This document shows, one piece after another, positions 17,536-27,784 of a DNA stretch of 64,000 nucleotides. The notes under the pieces are model-generated. The model searched no databases, had not been told where the DNA came from, and saw nothing but the letters and a program-made list of their open reading frames with translations. Position 1 is the first letter of the stretch. Each line of letters starts with the position of its first letter. This stretch comes from Candidatus Latescibacterota bacterium (GTDB lineage: Bacteria > Latescibacterota > UBA2968 > UBA8231): the NCBI GenBank assembly GCA_965204725.1, contig OZ242005.1:3456001-3520000 (forward strand), given 5' to 3'. A program made the translations under genes and the position numbers.

Positions 17536-17563
17536 ACTAACGATAATAGGCCTTATCGGGACT
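17536..17563. other. dif-like (Xer-type) 11-6-11 recombination site candidate
   Basis: ACTAACGATAA-TAGGCC-TTATCGGGACT: inverted arms with an ATAA-N6-TTAT core. Confidence 0.4.
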
Positions 17564-17803
17564 ACCCCTTGGCGGCACTCTTCGTCATCCACTCGTCCCG
17601 TCCGCCGTAAGCGGCAAACACGGCTTCGAGCAAGAGCCGCACGGCTTGGCCAAAGTAACGGCCCCGACGCCACGCCACGCCGATTTCGCGCTCAAAGGCT
17701 ACGCCGCGCACCTCTACGGTCTTGAGCGCACCGCTCGTTAGTATGAGATGTAGGGGTATTCTCTGAAGATGCCTTTAGACAGGCCCCGGGGCTAGCTGGC
17801 ATC

Positions 17804-18931
17804 CTAACAGCCTATCGGCAGCATCATTTGCGGGACTTCGCCGACCGTGCAGTCAGCGGATAAACTTTCACCGACCATGCCGTTTGGTTGCTCCCTGTAC
17901 TGAGCCACTAGCGTCGTGCCGTCGGCCTCGTCGTCAACTCCCGTAATTTCGTTTAAGAACAAGTCCTGTTCCTGAGCCGTCATTACCGGAAATCCGTAGT
18001 GGCGGCTCGCGTATTTTAACGGGCCGCTCTCTTCCGTCCGCGCAACGGCCCACTCCACGTGCCGGGCTAGCCGGGCGCGGTTGTACTCGTTGGCAACCGG
18101 AGGTGTGGAGCGCAGCAGGTTTTGCGCGACCGCCACCAACGTCTCGTCAATCTCCATGCCGACAGAATTTCTTCCTGCTGTTAGGGCGGCTGCGAGCGTC
18201 GTCCCGGTCCCGGCAAACGGGTCGAGCACCACATCCCCTTTGACAGAAAACATGCAGACGAGCCGGTAGGCCAACTCAAAAGGAAAGGCCGCGCTACGCT
18301 CGCGGGTCGGCCCATCCACAAGCCCTTGCGAAGTTCCCTTTACGTCGAACCACACATCCGAGAACCACACGTTGCGTTCCTCCCAGAAGAAGGCACTCTC
18401 GCGGCGGTTGGCTTTCTCAGCGACCGTTGTGAATGTTCGTCGCCGCCCTTTTCTAAGCACGAGAATGTACTCGTGCTCGTAGGTTATGTATGCTCCTACG
18501 GGCAACATCCCAGACCCCATAAATTTGTTGGGGGCGTTGGTCTGCTTGCGCCAGAGTATATCGGGCAAAGCGGCAAAACCGTTGTCGAGAAAATAGCTGA
18601 GTATGCGGGAGTGATTGGAGTATAGCTGGAAGTCGCCATCTATGGTTCGGGTGGCGTCGCCAATGTTGATACAGGCAATAGCCCCCGGCTTCATAACGCG
18701 GTCGCACTCCCGCCACACGGCATCGAGCAACTCGTGCATGAGCTTGAAAGCGTCCGGTCCATTGCCGCTCGACAGTTGCTCCCCAATGCGATAGTCTTGG
18801 AGCGCGAAAATATCATCCCACATTTCCACCATCGGATAGGGCGGCGAGGTGACGATCAAATCAACCGACTCATCCGCGATTCCGGCCATGGACTGGGCAG
18901 GGCCGCATATCAGCTTAGCGGTGGTCTGCAA
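17804..18931 (-). CDS. orphan beta-class DNA methyltransferase (probably N4-cytosine)
   Basis: VTSPPY, AAFP.ELAYRL, VLDPFAGTGTT; no adjacent nuclease. Confidence 0.88.
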   Translation of the reverse strand: MQTTAKLICGPAQSMAGIADESVDLIVTSPPYPMVEMWDDIFALQDYRIGEQLSSGNGPDAFKLMHELLDAVWRECDRVMKPGAIACINIGDATRTIDGDFQLYSNHSRILSYFLDNGFAALPDILWRKQTNAPNKFMGSGMLPVGAYITYEHEYILVLRKGRRRTFTTVAEKANRRESAFFWEERNVWFSDVWFDVKGTSQGLVDGPTRERSAAFPFELAYRLVCMFSVKGDVVLDPFAGTGTTLAAALTAGRNSVGMEIDETLVAVAQNLLRSTPPVANEYNRARLARHVEWAVARTEESGPLKYASRHYGFPVMTAQEQDLFLNEITGVDDEADGTTLVAQYREQPNGMVGESLSADCTVGEVPQMMLPIGC

Positions 18932-18953
18932 AGGAAAGTGGTACGTGGATCAT

Positions 18954-21488
18954 CTAGAGATCAAAGGTGTATTTCCCGTACCAGAACGCGCCGCCAAAGC
19001 CATAGGGACTGTGCTCGCCAAATGGTCTGCCGAGGCCGGTTGCGGGATCCTCGCCGGCGATCTCGTTTTCGTAATTCGTCGGCTCGGTGTTGAGGACATT
19101 TTGAACGCCGAGGGTGATTGTCGATCCAGTGCCGAGTGAAAAACTGGATTCGAGGTCGAGCAACAACGCACGGCCAAAAACTTGGTGGCCCCAATCCCAT
19201 TCGTCCCACGAACCGTAATAACTGACGCGGCCCAACACACGCCAATTATCAGTTGGGGCGTGCATCAGGGTCACATTTGCGCGGTGCCTAGGGAGCCCCT
19301 TTTCCAAGAGCGTGATGCGCTTTTGATTGACCAAGGTTTCGTCGTATTCGGTGACATCGGTCTGGGTGAAATTATACGCGAGGCTCAGTTCTCCTTTGGA
19401 CCCAAACGGCGCGGTGAGAACGACATCGATCCCTTGGGTGCGCGTTGCAAAATTATTGGTAAAGAAGCGGAACTCTTGCAGATTGGTGATGCCTGCAACG
19501 CGCAGTTGTTCTATTGGTGCGTCGTCGAGTTCACTGAGCTTAAAGTCCTGCGAGGTCGTCAGGCGATCCTCCACCACAATATTGAAATAGTCGAGCGTGA
19601 CATGGACGGGATAGCTGGGAACCGCCACGACGAGGCCAGCCGACATATTGATCGATTTTTCCGGCTCCAGCACATCGCCCCCCACCAATTTCGCGGCCGG
19701 ATGCGTTGAGGGAATCGTGGCTTTATTGACCAAAATGAGATTGCCTTCGTCATCTTCGCCGACCCCCGTCGTCTCGTTATAGGCATTTTGTTGCCCGGGC
19801 GTGGGCGCTCTAAAGCCCGTGCTGAACGAGCCGCGCACTCTCACATTCTCGTTGATCCCGTAGTTGGTCGCCAACTTGTAATTGGTCGTGGCACCAAATC
19901 CCTCGAAATTTTCAAAGCGCACCGCACCGCCGAGCAACCAGTTGTCCTGCGGGTTCCATTCCGCATCGCCATAAATCGCCCAGTTGGACCGACTCCACGC
20001 CCCGGCGGCAACATCGCTGAACCCCGGGAACCCATTGGAACTCGGCAGAAAACCATAGCGCGCCAGCGAGCCTACTTCATAAGACTTTGGCTCGCCGCTT
20101 ACGATTTCAAACCTTTCAATGCGATATTCAAGCCCGCTGGCAAAGAACAGCCGCTCGCTAAGTGGATAGATCACATCGAGATTGAAATTGGTATCGGTCT
20201 GGATGTACGCGCCCGGATCAAACGAGGTGGGGGTGTTGGGGCCTAGGGACGCATTGATGGTTCGGTTGATAAAAAAATCGGTTTCGTGACGCCCATAAGA
20301 CGCGCTGAGGTCCCATGCCAACAGCGATTTCGTGCCCTTAATCCCGGCCAACAAGGCGCGATCTTGCGTGGTCGCGCCAAACCGAGGCGTGAAACCATTG
20401 GGAAACATTTCTTGGAAGGTGAACAGCCCCGGATCGTCGAAAACCTTTTTCAGGGAATCTGGCTGCGGCACATCGTTGACGATGGGCACTACGGGCACCT
20501 CGCCGCCGCTTAAACTGCCAATGAGCAGGGTCTCGCCCTTGTCAATGCTGTACACGCCGTATCGCTCATTGGGATTGCGGAAGTAAAACCCGCCCTCCAC
20601 TTCCTTGCTGGCAAAATTGCCGTGTCCGTACCATTCGATATGGTCGTTGATGAACGCGCCGTAATTGGCAAAGAGTTTCACGTCATTGCGAACAATGGGC
20701 TGCCCCCACGGCTGGGCCGGATCAGCTATATCCTTGCCCAGATCGATTAGGCGCGCAGCATCGGCGCGTTGCACCGAGCGGTCCGTCTCATCCGCGTTGC
20801 CATACTCCGCGCTGAGGTTTGCCCACGCCTGATCGCTGCCCAAGCCAACATTGCCCGCGACGCTGTATGTAAATCCATCGCCCGCTTGGAAAATACCGGG
20901 TTTGATTTGAAAAGACGCGCCTTGGTACTTGTTCTTGAGCTGGAAGTTCATCACCCCGGCAATGGCGTCAGAGCCGTATTGCGCCGAGGCGCCGTCGCGC
21001 AGCACTTCCACGCGCTTCAATGCAATGGCCGGGATCGGAGATATGTCAGGGCCTTGCGCCGCATCGGATACGCCCGTGGGCCACCATGCGATCACAGACC
21101 CGCGGTGTCGGCGTTTGCCATTGACGAGTACTAAAGTGTGGTCGGGTGCCAGTCCGCGCAGGTTGGCTGGGCGGACAAAGGTCGCAGCATCGCTGATCGG
21201 CTGGATATTGACATTGTAGGATGGCACGACATTTCTCAGCAGATCGGGCAAATCCGAACCGCCCTGCTTGACGAAATCTTCGCCAGTGACCACGTCGATG
21301 GGGACGGCCGACTCGGCGACGGAACGCGGCTGGGCGCGCGATCCCGTCACCACCAATTCATCAAACTCAACCAATTGTTCGAGAATATCCGAAAACTCGG
21401 TCGCGGTGGTATCCGCGCTTTCCTGCGCGCTGGCAATGTTGCTCGCAGCAAGCGCGACGATGAGGGCGAAAGGGTACTTGTGCCGCAT
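18954..21488 (-). CDS. TonB-dependent receptor
   Basis: Signal peptide, ELVVTGSR TonB box, LVLVNGKRR, RVEVLRDGASAQYGSDAIAGVMN plug, aromatic C-terminus; AAGGAG RBS before 21488. Confidence 0.93.
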   Translation of the reverse strand: MRHKYPFALIVALAASNIASAQESADTTATEFSDILEQLVEFDELVVTGSRAQPRSVAESAVPIDVVTGEDFVKQGGSDLPDLLRNVVPSYNVNIQPISDAATFVRPANLRGLAPDHTLVLVNGKRRHRGSVIAWWPTGVSDAAQGPDISPIPAIALKRVEVLRDGASAQYGSDAIAGVMNFQLKNKYQGASFQIKPGIFQAGDGFTYSVAGNVGLGSDQAWANLSAEYGNADETDRSVQRADAARLIDLGKDIADPAQPWGQPIVRNDVKLFANYGAFINDHIEWYGHGNFASKEVEGGFYFRNPNERYGVYSIDKGETLLIGSLSGGEVPVVPIVNDVPQPDSLKKVFDDPGLFTFQEMFPNGFTPRFGATTQDRALLAGIKGTKSLLAWDLSASYGRHETDFFINRTINASLGPNTPTSFDPGAYIQTDTNFNLDVIYPLSERLFFASGLEYRIERFEIVSGEPKSYEVGSLARYGFLPSSNGFPGFSDVAAGAWSRSNWAIYGDAEWNPQDNWLLGGAVRFENFEGFGATTNYKLATNYGINENVRVRGSFSTGFRAPTPGQQNAYNETTGVGEDDEGNLILVNKATIPSTHPAAKLVGGDVLEPEKSINMSAGLVVAVPSYPVHVTLDYFNIVVEDRLTTSQDFKLSELDDAPIEQLRVAGITNLQEFRFFTNNFATRTQGIDVVLTAPFGSKGELSLAYNFTQTDVTEYDETLVNQKRITLLEKGLPRHRANVTLMHAPTDNWRVLGRVSYYGSWDEWDWGHQVFGRALLLDLESSFSLGTGSTITLGVQNVLNTEPTNYENEIAGEDPATGLGRPFGEHSPYGFGGAFWYGKYTFDL

Positions 21489-21648
21489 GGGAGGACTCCT
21501 TTGAGACGAGTAGAGTAGAGTCAAATATGGGCTTTCTACGCAAGCATCATAATATCACTTCAGACCGCTCTCCTGCAACTCGCTGCCGTTGATTGCGGCT
21601 GCTCAATGCCGTATCCTTTCGGCAACACCCCTGCAGAGGAGGATCACC

Positions 21649-22488
21649 ATGGCCACACCCCGCATTGACGACCGCGATTGGTCAGCCCTCACCACCGGCC
21701 AGCGCATCCGCCAACTCGAAGTCGAAGGCTATCTCGTCCTGCCCGACCTGCTCAACGCCGACCACATCGCCCGCCTCAAAGCCATCACCGCTACCTTCGA
21801 GACCAAGGCCGTCGATTACAGCGAACGCCAGCGCGGTCGCAGCAACATCCAATTCGACGGCGGCGAAATCACCGCCCTGCTCGGCCACCCGCCAACGCTC
21901 GCGTTCCTGCGCGAACTCTTGGGCGACGACGTGATCTTCATGCACTACGGCTATGCCCGCTCCGAACCCGGTCACCCCGGCATCAGCCTCCACGCCGATG
22001 GCCAACCCTACGGCTCCAAAATTTTCGGCTTTGAAGGCTCTTGCCCAGTGCTAATACGAGTGCTCTACTATCTCGACGACCTCATACCAGCCGTCTCGCC
22101 TTTCCGCGTGGTGCCGCGCTCCCACCTGTGCTTGCACGCCCACGCCAACCCCTATACGCGCTACAAATCCCACCCCGAAGAAGTCATGGTGCCCTGCAAG
22201 GCCGGTTCTGCCGTGCTCATCCACCACCGCGTATTCCACGGCAACTTCCCCAACGTCGGGGCTTACCCGCGCGAAATGCTGGCCATCGCCTATCGACCCG
22301 CTTGGGCCGGGCCGGTTGACGAAGTCAGCCCTTGGAGCGAGGAAGACCTCCGAGCCTTGCCCGACGAAATCCGGCCGCTCTTCGCCGACCGCAACACGCG
22401 CCACTGGGACTACCACGGCGGCAACAAGCCCCCGAACATGGCCGCCGCGGCCCCGGGCATGGACCCCAGCCGCTGGGAGCGCGTCTAA
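21649..22488 (+). CDS. phytanoyl-CoA dioxygenase (PhyH) family protein
   Basis: EGYLV, LHAD, YLDD, VVPRSH, AGS....H..FHG; GGAGG RBS. Confidence 0.85.
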   Translation: MATPRIDDRDWSALTTGQRIRQLEVEGYLVLPDLLNADHIARLKAITATFETKAVDYSERQRGRSNIQFDGGEITALLGHPPTLAFLRELLGDDVIFMHYGYARSEPGHPGISLHADGQPYGSKIFGFEGSCPVLIRVLYYLDDLIPAVSPFRVVPRSHLCLHAHANPYTRYKSHPEEVMVPCKAGSAVLIHHRVFHGNFPNVGAYPREMLAIAYRPAWAGPVDEVSPWSEEDLRALPDEIRPLFADRNTRHWDYHGGNKPPNMAAAAPGMDPSRWERV

Positions 22489-22490
22489 CG

Positions 22491-23231
22491 CTACCGAGTA
22501 AACACCGTCCCCCGCACGTAAGACCCTTCCTCGCAAGCCAAAAACGCCAGCACCCGCGCCACCCCCATCGGATCCCCCAACACGGCGTTTCGCTTTGCTT
22601 CCTCTGGATCGCGGCCTGCGGCCTCGGCCCCCTGCGCTATATTCTCCAGCTTTAGCGGCGTTGCAATCCCCCCGGGGCACACCACGTGCAAGCGCACCCC
22701 TTTAGGCCCTAACTCGCTTTCGAGCTTGTAGTGCAACCCGTGCTGCCCGGCCTTGCTCGCTGCATAGGCGTAGGACGAGGAACCGCCCCGCACGCCCGCG
22801 CCCGAGGCGATGATCAGCAGCACGGATTGACCGGCGGCCGCCAAGAGCGGCGTCGCGTATTTGGCCGAGAGGAAGGTGCCCTTCAAGTTGGTGTCGAGCG
22901 TTGCGTCCCAATCTTCCGCCGACAGCTCCTCAATGGTCTTGTACGCCCCCGTCAAGACCCCGGCCGCGAAAACCGCCACCTCAAGGCGGACGGTGTGCTC
23001 TCTGATCTGCGCGACCGACGCGACCACGCTCTCTTCCAACCGCACATCCGTTGCATAGAAACGCGCTTGGCCGCCTGCGGCCTCGATCTGATCTACGGCG
23101 GCTCGTCCCTCCGCTTCGTTGTAATCAACGATGTGGACATGCGCGCCCTCTTGGGCGAAAAGCTCGGCAGTGGCCCGGCCAATGCCAGTAGCCCCGCCGG
23201 TTACCAACGCCTCTTTGTTCGCTAGTCTCAC
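22491..23231 (-). CDS. SDR family oxidoreductase
   Basis: TGGATGIG, YAASK, VCPG. Confidence 0.9.
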   Translation of the reverse strand: MRLANKEALVTGGATGIGRATAELFAQEGAHVHIVDYNEAEGRAAVDQIEAAGGQARFYATDVRLEESVVASVAQIREHTVRLEVAVFAAGVLTGAYKTIEELSAEDWDATLDTNLKGTFLSAKYATPLLAAAGQSVLLIIASGAGVRGGSSSYAYAASKAGQHGLHYKLESELGPKGVRLHVVCPGGIATPLKLENIAQGAEAAGRDPEEAKRNAVLGDPMGVARVLAFLACEEGSYVRGTVFTR

Positions 23232-23327
23232 GCTTACCTCCCTCTATCGCTTGCGGCGAAGCGGCAAAAGTTGCCGATATATCGCCATGGGGTATTTTCT
23301 ACGAGTGATTTGTTCAAACTCCGCTAC

Positions 23328-24356
23328 ATGACCACCCATCGCCAACTCGCCATCTGGCTCCTCGCTGTGTCGGCCCTCATCGTCGTCCTCGTAGTGTACG
23401 GGGGCTGGGTGCGCCTGACTCGCTCGGGCCTATCCATCGTCGAGTGGAACGTCGTCACCGGCGTCGTTCCGCCGCTGAGTGCTGCGGCCTGGGAAGGCGA
23501 ATTCGCCAAGTACCGGCAGACGCCCGAATACCAACTCGTCAACTATGGTATGGGGCTGGACGAATTTAAGTTTATCTACTACATGGAGTTCGGCCACCGC
23601 TTGCTCGGCCGGGTGGCTGGGTTGCTCTTTGTCGCACCCCTGCTCTATTTCCTCGGCCGCCGGGCCATTCCCCGCGCCCACATACCCATCTATCTGGGCA
23701 TTGGCCTGCTCTTCGCCCTTCAGGGCTTGGTCGGCTGGCTGATGGTCAAAAGCGGCCTAGGCGACCGGCCCCAAGTAAGTCATCTGCGTTTGACCTTGCA
23801 CCTTGGTTGCGCCTTTGCTCTTTTGGCCGCTTGCCTCTGGCAGGTCTTTGGCTATCTGTCGCCTAAAGCAAAAGCCCGGCCAGTGCCCCGCACCGTGCGC
23901 TGCCTTTGTGCTGGGCTGTTTGCCGCTGTCTGCCTCCAGATCGCCGCGGGTGGCCTAGTCGCCGGACTTAAGGCCGGACACCTATCGGACACTTTTCCCA
24001 AGATGTTCGGAGCTTGGGTGCCAGACGGCTTGTGGGCCATGCAGCCACCGCTCGTAAACCTGCTCAACAACGCCACTACCGCCCACTTTCAACACCGCTT
24101 CTTCGCTTTTGTGGTCCTCGGGCTGGCACTAGCCTTGTGGGTAGCAGCACGCCGCACGGCCCTAAAAACTGGGGCTGGCCTAACCCTCTGCTTGGTAGCG
24201 GTGCAGATCGGCTTGGGGATCGGCACTGTCGTCGCCCAGATGCCCTTGGCCTTGGCCTCCCTGCATCAGGCCGTGGCCGTGGCCCTGTTTGCTGCCGCGC
24301 TTTTCCTCTGCCACCGCTCGTCTCGTACAGAGGCTATGCCGCCTCATAGCGGTTGA
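23328..24356 (+). CDS. ctaA: heme A synthase (COX15/CtaA)
   Basis: RLTRSGLSIVEW, EFGHRLLGR, GWLMVKSGL, LHL, QHR, LHQ. Confidence 0.9.
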   Translation: MTTHRQLAIWLLAVSALIVVLVVYGGWVRLTRSGLSIVEWNVVTGVVPPLSAAAWEGEFAKYRQTPEYQLVNYGMGLDEFKFIYYMEFGHRLLGRVAGLLFVAPLLYFLGRRAIPRAHIPIYLGIGLLFALQGLVGWLMVKSGLGDRPQVSHLRLTLHLGCAFALLAACLWQVFGYLSPKAKARPVPRTVRCLCAGLFAAVCLQIAAGGLVAGLKAGHLSDTFPKMFGAWVPDGLWAMQPPLVNLLNNATTAHFQHRFFAFVVLGLALALWVAARRTALKTGAGLTLCLVAVQIGLGIGTVVAQMPLALASLHQAVAVALFAAALFLCHRSSRTEAMPPHSG

Positions 24357-25053
24357 TAATCTCGGTTTCAATCGCGCCGTCGGCCGCGATCTGGCGCACT
24401 GCAAGTGCAATTCGATGCTCGGGGTTTAGGGCTTCCCAAAGGCGGGTGGGCGCGTCGGCGAGGGGCAACAGGTAGGGAACTCCAGAAAACGGAGGCAGTG
24501 GGTCGCCATCTGAGTCGTACGTGGTGATGGCGTAACCGTAGCCCGGCTCGACCCAGTCAAAGCGAAAGAAGTGCCGCTCGCTGCGCTTGGGATCAAAGGG
24601 GCTGGCCTTGAGTATGGCAAGCCAAGCCTCATCGGCCTCCAGATCTACATACCCCGCTATGCGCGGCGTGTAGTTGGGCGGGTCCGGCTCGTGTAGCCAG
24701 TCAGCCAAACTCTCGGCAAAACTGCGGCCGGCGACAAAACCCTCGTGTATGGCGTCGGTATGGACCCCATTGGAGACAATGCTGCGCCGCGCACAAACTC
24801 GCATGGCGTTGTAAATAATGAGCGTGGGGTCGCTCAACTTCGCGGGGTCGGCTGCTTCGGTCCGCAGCACGTCGCCCTCAGCGACGAAGATGCGGTTGCG
24901 GCTGTTGGCACTGCGCCCCGCGATCCAGTAAACCTGCGTCCAAGTCCCCTCCGCGGCCCGGCCAATGACAATACCGCGGCCTACGTAGGGATTTTCGGCC
25001 AGCCGTTGCCGCAAGTTGGCCATAGCCTGTTCTCTTACCGCTTTTGGTGCCAT
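24334..25053 (-). CDS. IMP cyclohydrolase-like protein (PurO-like Ntn hydrolase)
   Basis: YVGRGI, GRSANSRNR, LIIYN, VSNG.HT, EPD.PNYTPRI; alternative start at 25023. Confidence 0.82.
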   Translation of the reverse strand: MAPKAVREQAMANLRQRLAENPYVGRGIVIGRAAEGTWTQVYWIAGRSANSRNRIFVAEGDVLRTEAADPAKLSDPTLIIYNAMRVCARRSIVSNGVHTDAIHEGFVAGRSFAESLADWLHEPDPPNYTPRIAGYVDLEADEAWLAILKASPFDPKRSERHFFRFDWVEPGYGYAITTYDSDGDPLPPFSGVPYLLPLADAPTRLWEALNPEHRIALAVRQIAADGAIETEIINRYEAA

Positions 25054-25115
25054 GCCCCATAGTATAGGACAACGCTACACTCGGCAAAAGCGCGACCGCA
25101 CCGCCTTTTAGCACG

Positions 25116-25162
25116 AAAAAGCCGGTCCTTTTTTCGCAGGGAATATCGAAAAAAGAACCGGC
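25116..25162 (-). terminator. terminator of the 64-aa gene
   Basis: GCCGGTCCTTTTTTCG...CGAAAAAAGAACCGGC stem with an adjacent A5 (U tract on the minus strand). Confidence 0.55.
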
Positions 25163-25191
25163 CTGAACGCGGTACAGCCGAGGCGGCCTAC

Positions 25192-25386
25192 TTATTTGCG
25201 CTTTAGCACGGGCAGGCCGTTTTTGCTCTCAGACACCTCATAGCCATCCGGCACTGCATCGAGAGCACCTTCCTTCTCAGTCTTAGAAAAGAAATAAATC
25301 GTCTGTGAGTTCCCGTTTTTGAGGGTCGTGATTCGGTGATGCAGAATATACGCGACCCCCTTGGAATTCGCGTGCGAAAAAGCCAT
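25192..25386 (-). CDS. small basic conserved hypothetical protein (64 aa)
   Basis: TAAGGAG RBS, own terminator, NSKG..Y.LH / IYFF.K / P.GYEV.E.KNGLP.LK pattern. Confidence 0.8.
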   Translation of the reverse strand: MAFSHANSKGVAYILHHRITTLKNGNSQTIYFFSKTEKEGALDAVPDGYEVSESKNGLPVLKRK

Positions 25387-25554
25387 GGCATCTCCTTACG
25401 TGCGAAATAGAGGAAGGAAGTATGGAAGCCGAACCGCGAAGCACGACTTCCCTCTGAGTAGGGGAGTCTTTGCAAAAAAAAAGGCCATCGGTCCAAAATC
25501 GCAACTACTTTTGTAGCCCCTCGTCTTAGGCCGGCACTACCGTCAAGACGGGTC

Positions 25555-25583
25555 TTGACTAAGAGCAACCCATAGCGTAGAAT
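25555..25583 (+). promoter_or_regulatory. sigma-70 promoter for rpsU-csp
   Basis: TTGACT, 17-nt spacer, TAGAAT. Confidence 0.7.
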
Positions 25584-25631
25584 ATACATTTGTTTACGTA
25601 GTAACTTAAAACCGAGGGTTAGGAGCAGCAG

Positions 25632-25880
25632 ATGAGTAATTTCAGCGTTGAGGTCCGGTCGGACGAACCTTTTGAAAAGGCACTGCGGCGCTTTACGTCC
25701 AAAACCCGCAAAGCCGGCTTATTGCGCGACTTGAAGAAGCGGCGTTTCTACACTAAACCCTCGGTCCAGAAGAAGATCAATCGCCAAAAGAGCATCCGCC
25801 GGCAGCAGAAGGCCATTCGCATGGCCGGGGCTGGCTTCGTCCGCGGCGCACAAGGGGCCGGTGCGCGCAACTCGCGCTAG
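25632..25880 (+). CDS. rpsU: 30S ribosomal protein S21
   Basis: E.FEKALRRF...AGLL..LKKRRFYTKPS. Confidence 0.9.
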   Translation: MSNFSVEVRSDEPFEKALRRFTSKTRKAGLLRDLKKRRFYTKPSVQKKINRQKSIRRQQKAIRMAGAGFVRGAQGAGARNSR

Positions 25881-25946
25881 GGCTTTTTTGTCAGCCAGCC
25901 CTGTTGGCTCAACACAATTAGCAACTAAAGGAAGGTAGCCTTCATC

Positions 25947-26186
25947 ATGTCCGAACGTCAAAGTGGATCCGTCAAATGGTTCGACAGTTCCAAGGGGTTT
26001 GGTTTCATTCAGCGCGGAGGACAAGACGACGTCTTCGTCCACTACAGCGCAATTCGCGGCGATGGTTTCCGCTCCCTAGAAGAAGGTCAGCAGGTGGAAT
26101 TTGAAACGGTCGCCAGCCCCAAGGGCCTCCAAGCCCGCGACGTGGTCGTCATCGGCACGGCCCCCGAAACCCAAACTCAGGAATAA
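25947..26186 (+). CDS. cold-shock protein
   Basis: [19 protein letters not shown]. Confidence 0.95.
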   Translation: MSERQSGSVKWFDSSKGFGFIQRGGQDDVFVHYSAIRGDGFRSLEEGQQVEFETVASPKGLQARDVVVIGTAPETQTQE

Positions 26187-26210
26187 TCCCTCAACCAGAC
26201 AGATACGAGC

Positions 26211-26244
26211 AGCGCGGGGCCTTTGGGCACCCGCGCTTTTTTTT
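26211..26244 (+). terminator. intrinsic terminator
   Basis: AGCGCGGG/CCCGCGCT stem plus T8. Confidence 0.8.
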
Positions 26245-26265
26245 GCCAACCATGCGGGGCCGGGG

Positions 26266-26628
26266 TTAAAGCAGATAGAAGAAGAGATAGGCCGCTAGCC
26301 CAGTGCCGACTAAGGCACCGCCGTAGCAAAAATAATGAATGGGAAGGATCAACTTCCGCACCCCCAACTCGTGGAGCATGAAGCGGATGCGGTGCGCCGC
26401 GTGGTAGAGTGGCAGAACGGCTACAACAAAAAAGAACACTTTGGCCAGCGGGTGGCTGAGCAACTCGCGCATGGCGTCGTATTGGCTCGCCCCCGAGCCG
26501 ACCAAGCCTAGCGGCTCGGCTAGCCCGACGAAGCAGATCATCACGGGGATCAGCATGGCGGCCACTACGCCGCCCGCGGAAAACAGGCCCCACCAGAAAG
26601 GTTCGGTTTTGTCTTGTTTGTAGCTCAT
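26266..26628 (-). CDS. frdD: fumarate reductase subunit D
   Basis: EPFWWGLFSAGG, HAAHRI; start at ATG 26628, overlapping the frdC stop. Confidence 0.88.
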   Translation of the reverse strand: MSYKQDKTEPFWWGLFSAGGVVAAMLIPVMICFVGLAEPLGLVGSGASQYDAMRELLSHPLAKVFFFVVAVLPLYHAAHRIRFMLHELGVRKLILPIHYFCYGGALVGTGLAAYLFFYLL

Positions 26629-27029
26629 AGCTCTAGCGCGGATAGGAAAATGTAGCCGACGGCTGCCGACACCAAGAAAAACCCGACGAAGGCACCAGCC
26701 GTTACCAATTTGGGCGGCACGGTAAACGCGCCCAGCCGCACGACTTGGACTCGGCCCATGACTCCCAGCCAAGTGATCGTGTGGTAGAGGGCAAAGACAA
26801 ACGCAACCGCGTAAAAGGCCACAAACGCCGGGCTCGTCAGTACGGAGCGGCAAGCCGTATATGCCTCCGGCCCCTTGGCCAGCGCAAAGAGTTGGTAGAG
26901 GAAGACGAGGACGAAGGCGGCGATGAAGACGCTGCTCAATTCGCGCATCATAAACAGGAAGTAGCGACGGCTCTTCAGCCACCAAGCCGGCGACAGCTTT
27001 GGCTTGTAGGTTTCGTACGATTGGCTCAT
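26625..27029 (-). CDS. frdC: fumarate reductase subunit C
   Basis: WW......FMMRE, LYHTITW; three TM helices; start at ATG 27029. Confidence 0.88.
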   Translation of the reverse strand: MSQSYETYKPKLSPAWWLKSRRYFLFMMRELSSVFIAAFVLVFLYQLFALAKGPEAYTACRSVLTSPAFVAFYAVAFVFALYHTITWLGVMGRVQVVRLGAFTVPPKLVTAGAFVGFFLVSAAVGYIFLSALEL

Positions 27030-27772
27030 TTGTTCCCCCAAGGCATGAGAAAAGACTTGAACCAATTGGTGGTGGTCTCGACCTTGGTGCGCTGGATGGC
27101 GGCGGCCGGGTCCACGTCCTTGGGACAGACCACTGAGCATTCACCGATAAAGGTGCATTCCCAGATCCCCTCACTACTAGCGGCAACGACCGTGCGCTGG
27201 GCGTAGCCTTCGTCGCGCGAGTCGAGGTTGTAGCGGTAGGCAAGCGCGAGGGCCGCTGGGCCGACGAAGACATCTTCTAGCCCATAGACAGGGCAAGCCG
27301 CATAGCACAGCAGGCAGTTGATGCACTGGCTAAACTGCTTGAACTCCTTTAGCTCTGCGGGCGACTGCAAATACTCGCCTTCGGCAACCGGCTTGTCTTC
27401 CTCGCGAATGATCCACGGCTGGACCGCCTTGAGCTTATCCATGAAATCGTCTATATCGACGACCAAATCGCGGATGATCGGAAAGTGGGCGAGGGGCTGG
27501 ACCACCAACTCATTCGGGTAGTAATCCTTGAGAAAGGCCGCGCAGGTCAACTTAGGCTCGCCGTTGACCATCATACCGCAAGAGCCGCACACGCCCATGC
27601 GACACGACCAGCGGTACGAGAGGGTGCCGTCAATATGGTCTTTGATGTAGTTGAGCGCGTCGAGGACGACCCAGTCCTCCTGATAGGGAACCTCGTAAAC
27701 CTGCTCGGTGGGGGCGTCCTCCTGTTCGGGTCGGAAGCGGGTCACTCGGATGCCAATGGTCTTGTCGCTCAT
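27026..27772 (-). CDS. frdB: fumarate reductase iron-sulfur subunit
   Basis: [33 protein letters not shown]. Confidence 0.92.
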   Translation of the reverse strand: MSDKTIGIRVTRFRPEQEDAPTEQVYEVPYQEDWVVLDALNYIKDHIDGTLSYRWSCRMGVCGSCGMMVNGEPKLTCAAFLKDYYPNELVVQPLAHFPIIRDLVVDIDDFMDKLKAVQPWIIREEDKPVAEGEYLQSPAELKEFKQFSQCINCLLCYAACPVYGLEDVFVGPAALALAYRYNLDSRDEGYAQRTVVAASSEGIWECTFIGECSVVCPKDVDPAAAIQRTKVETTTNWFKSFLMPWGNK

Positions 27773-27784
27773 AGCTCCTCTCCG

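Noticed and set aside
17536-17563. Chromosomal replication terminus
   Set aside because: By eye the + strand stays C-rich on both sides with no skew switch; kept only as a dif-like candidate.
17580-17741. Duplicated 3' end of the 14646-14966 gene (att-like scar)
   Set aside because: Only short matches (GCCGATTTCG, GAGCGCA); the translation does not align convincingly.
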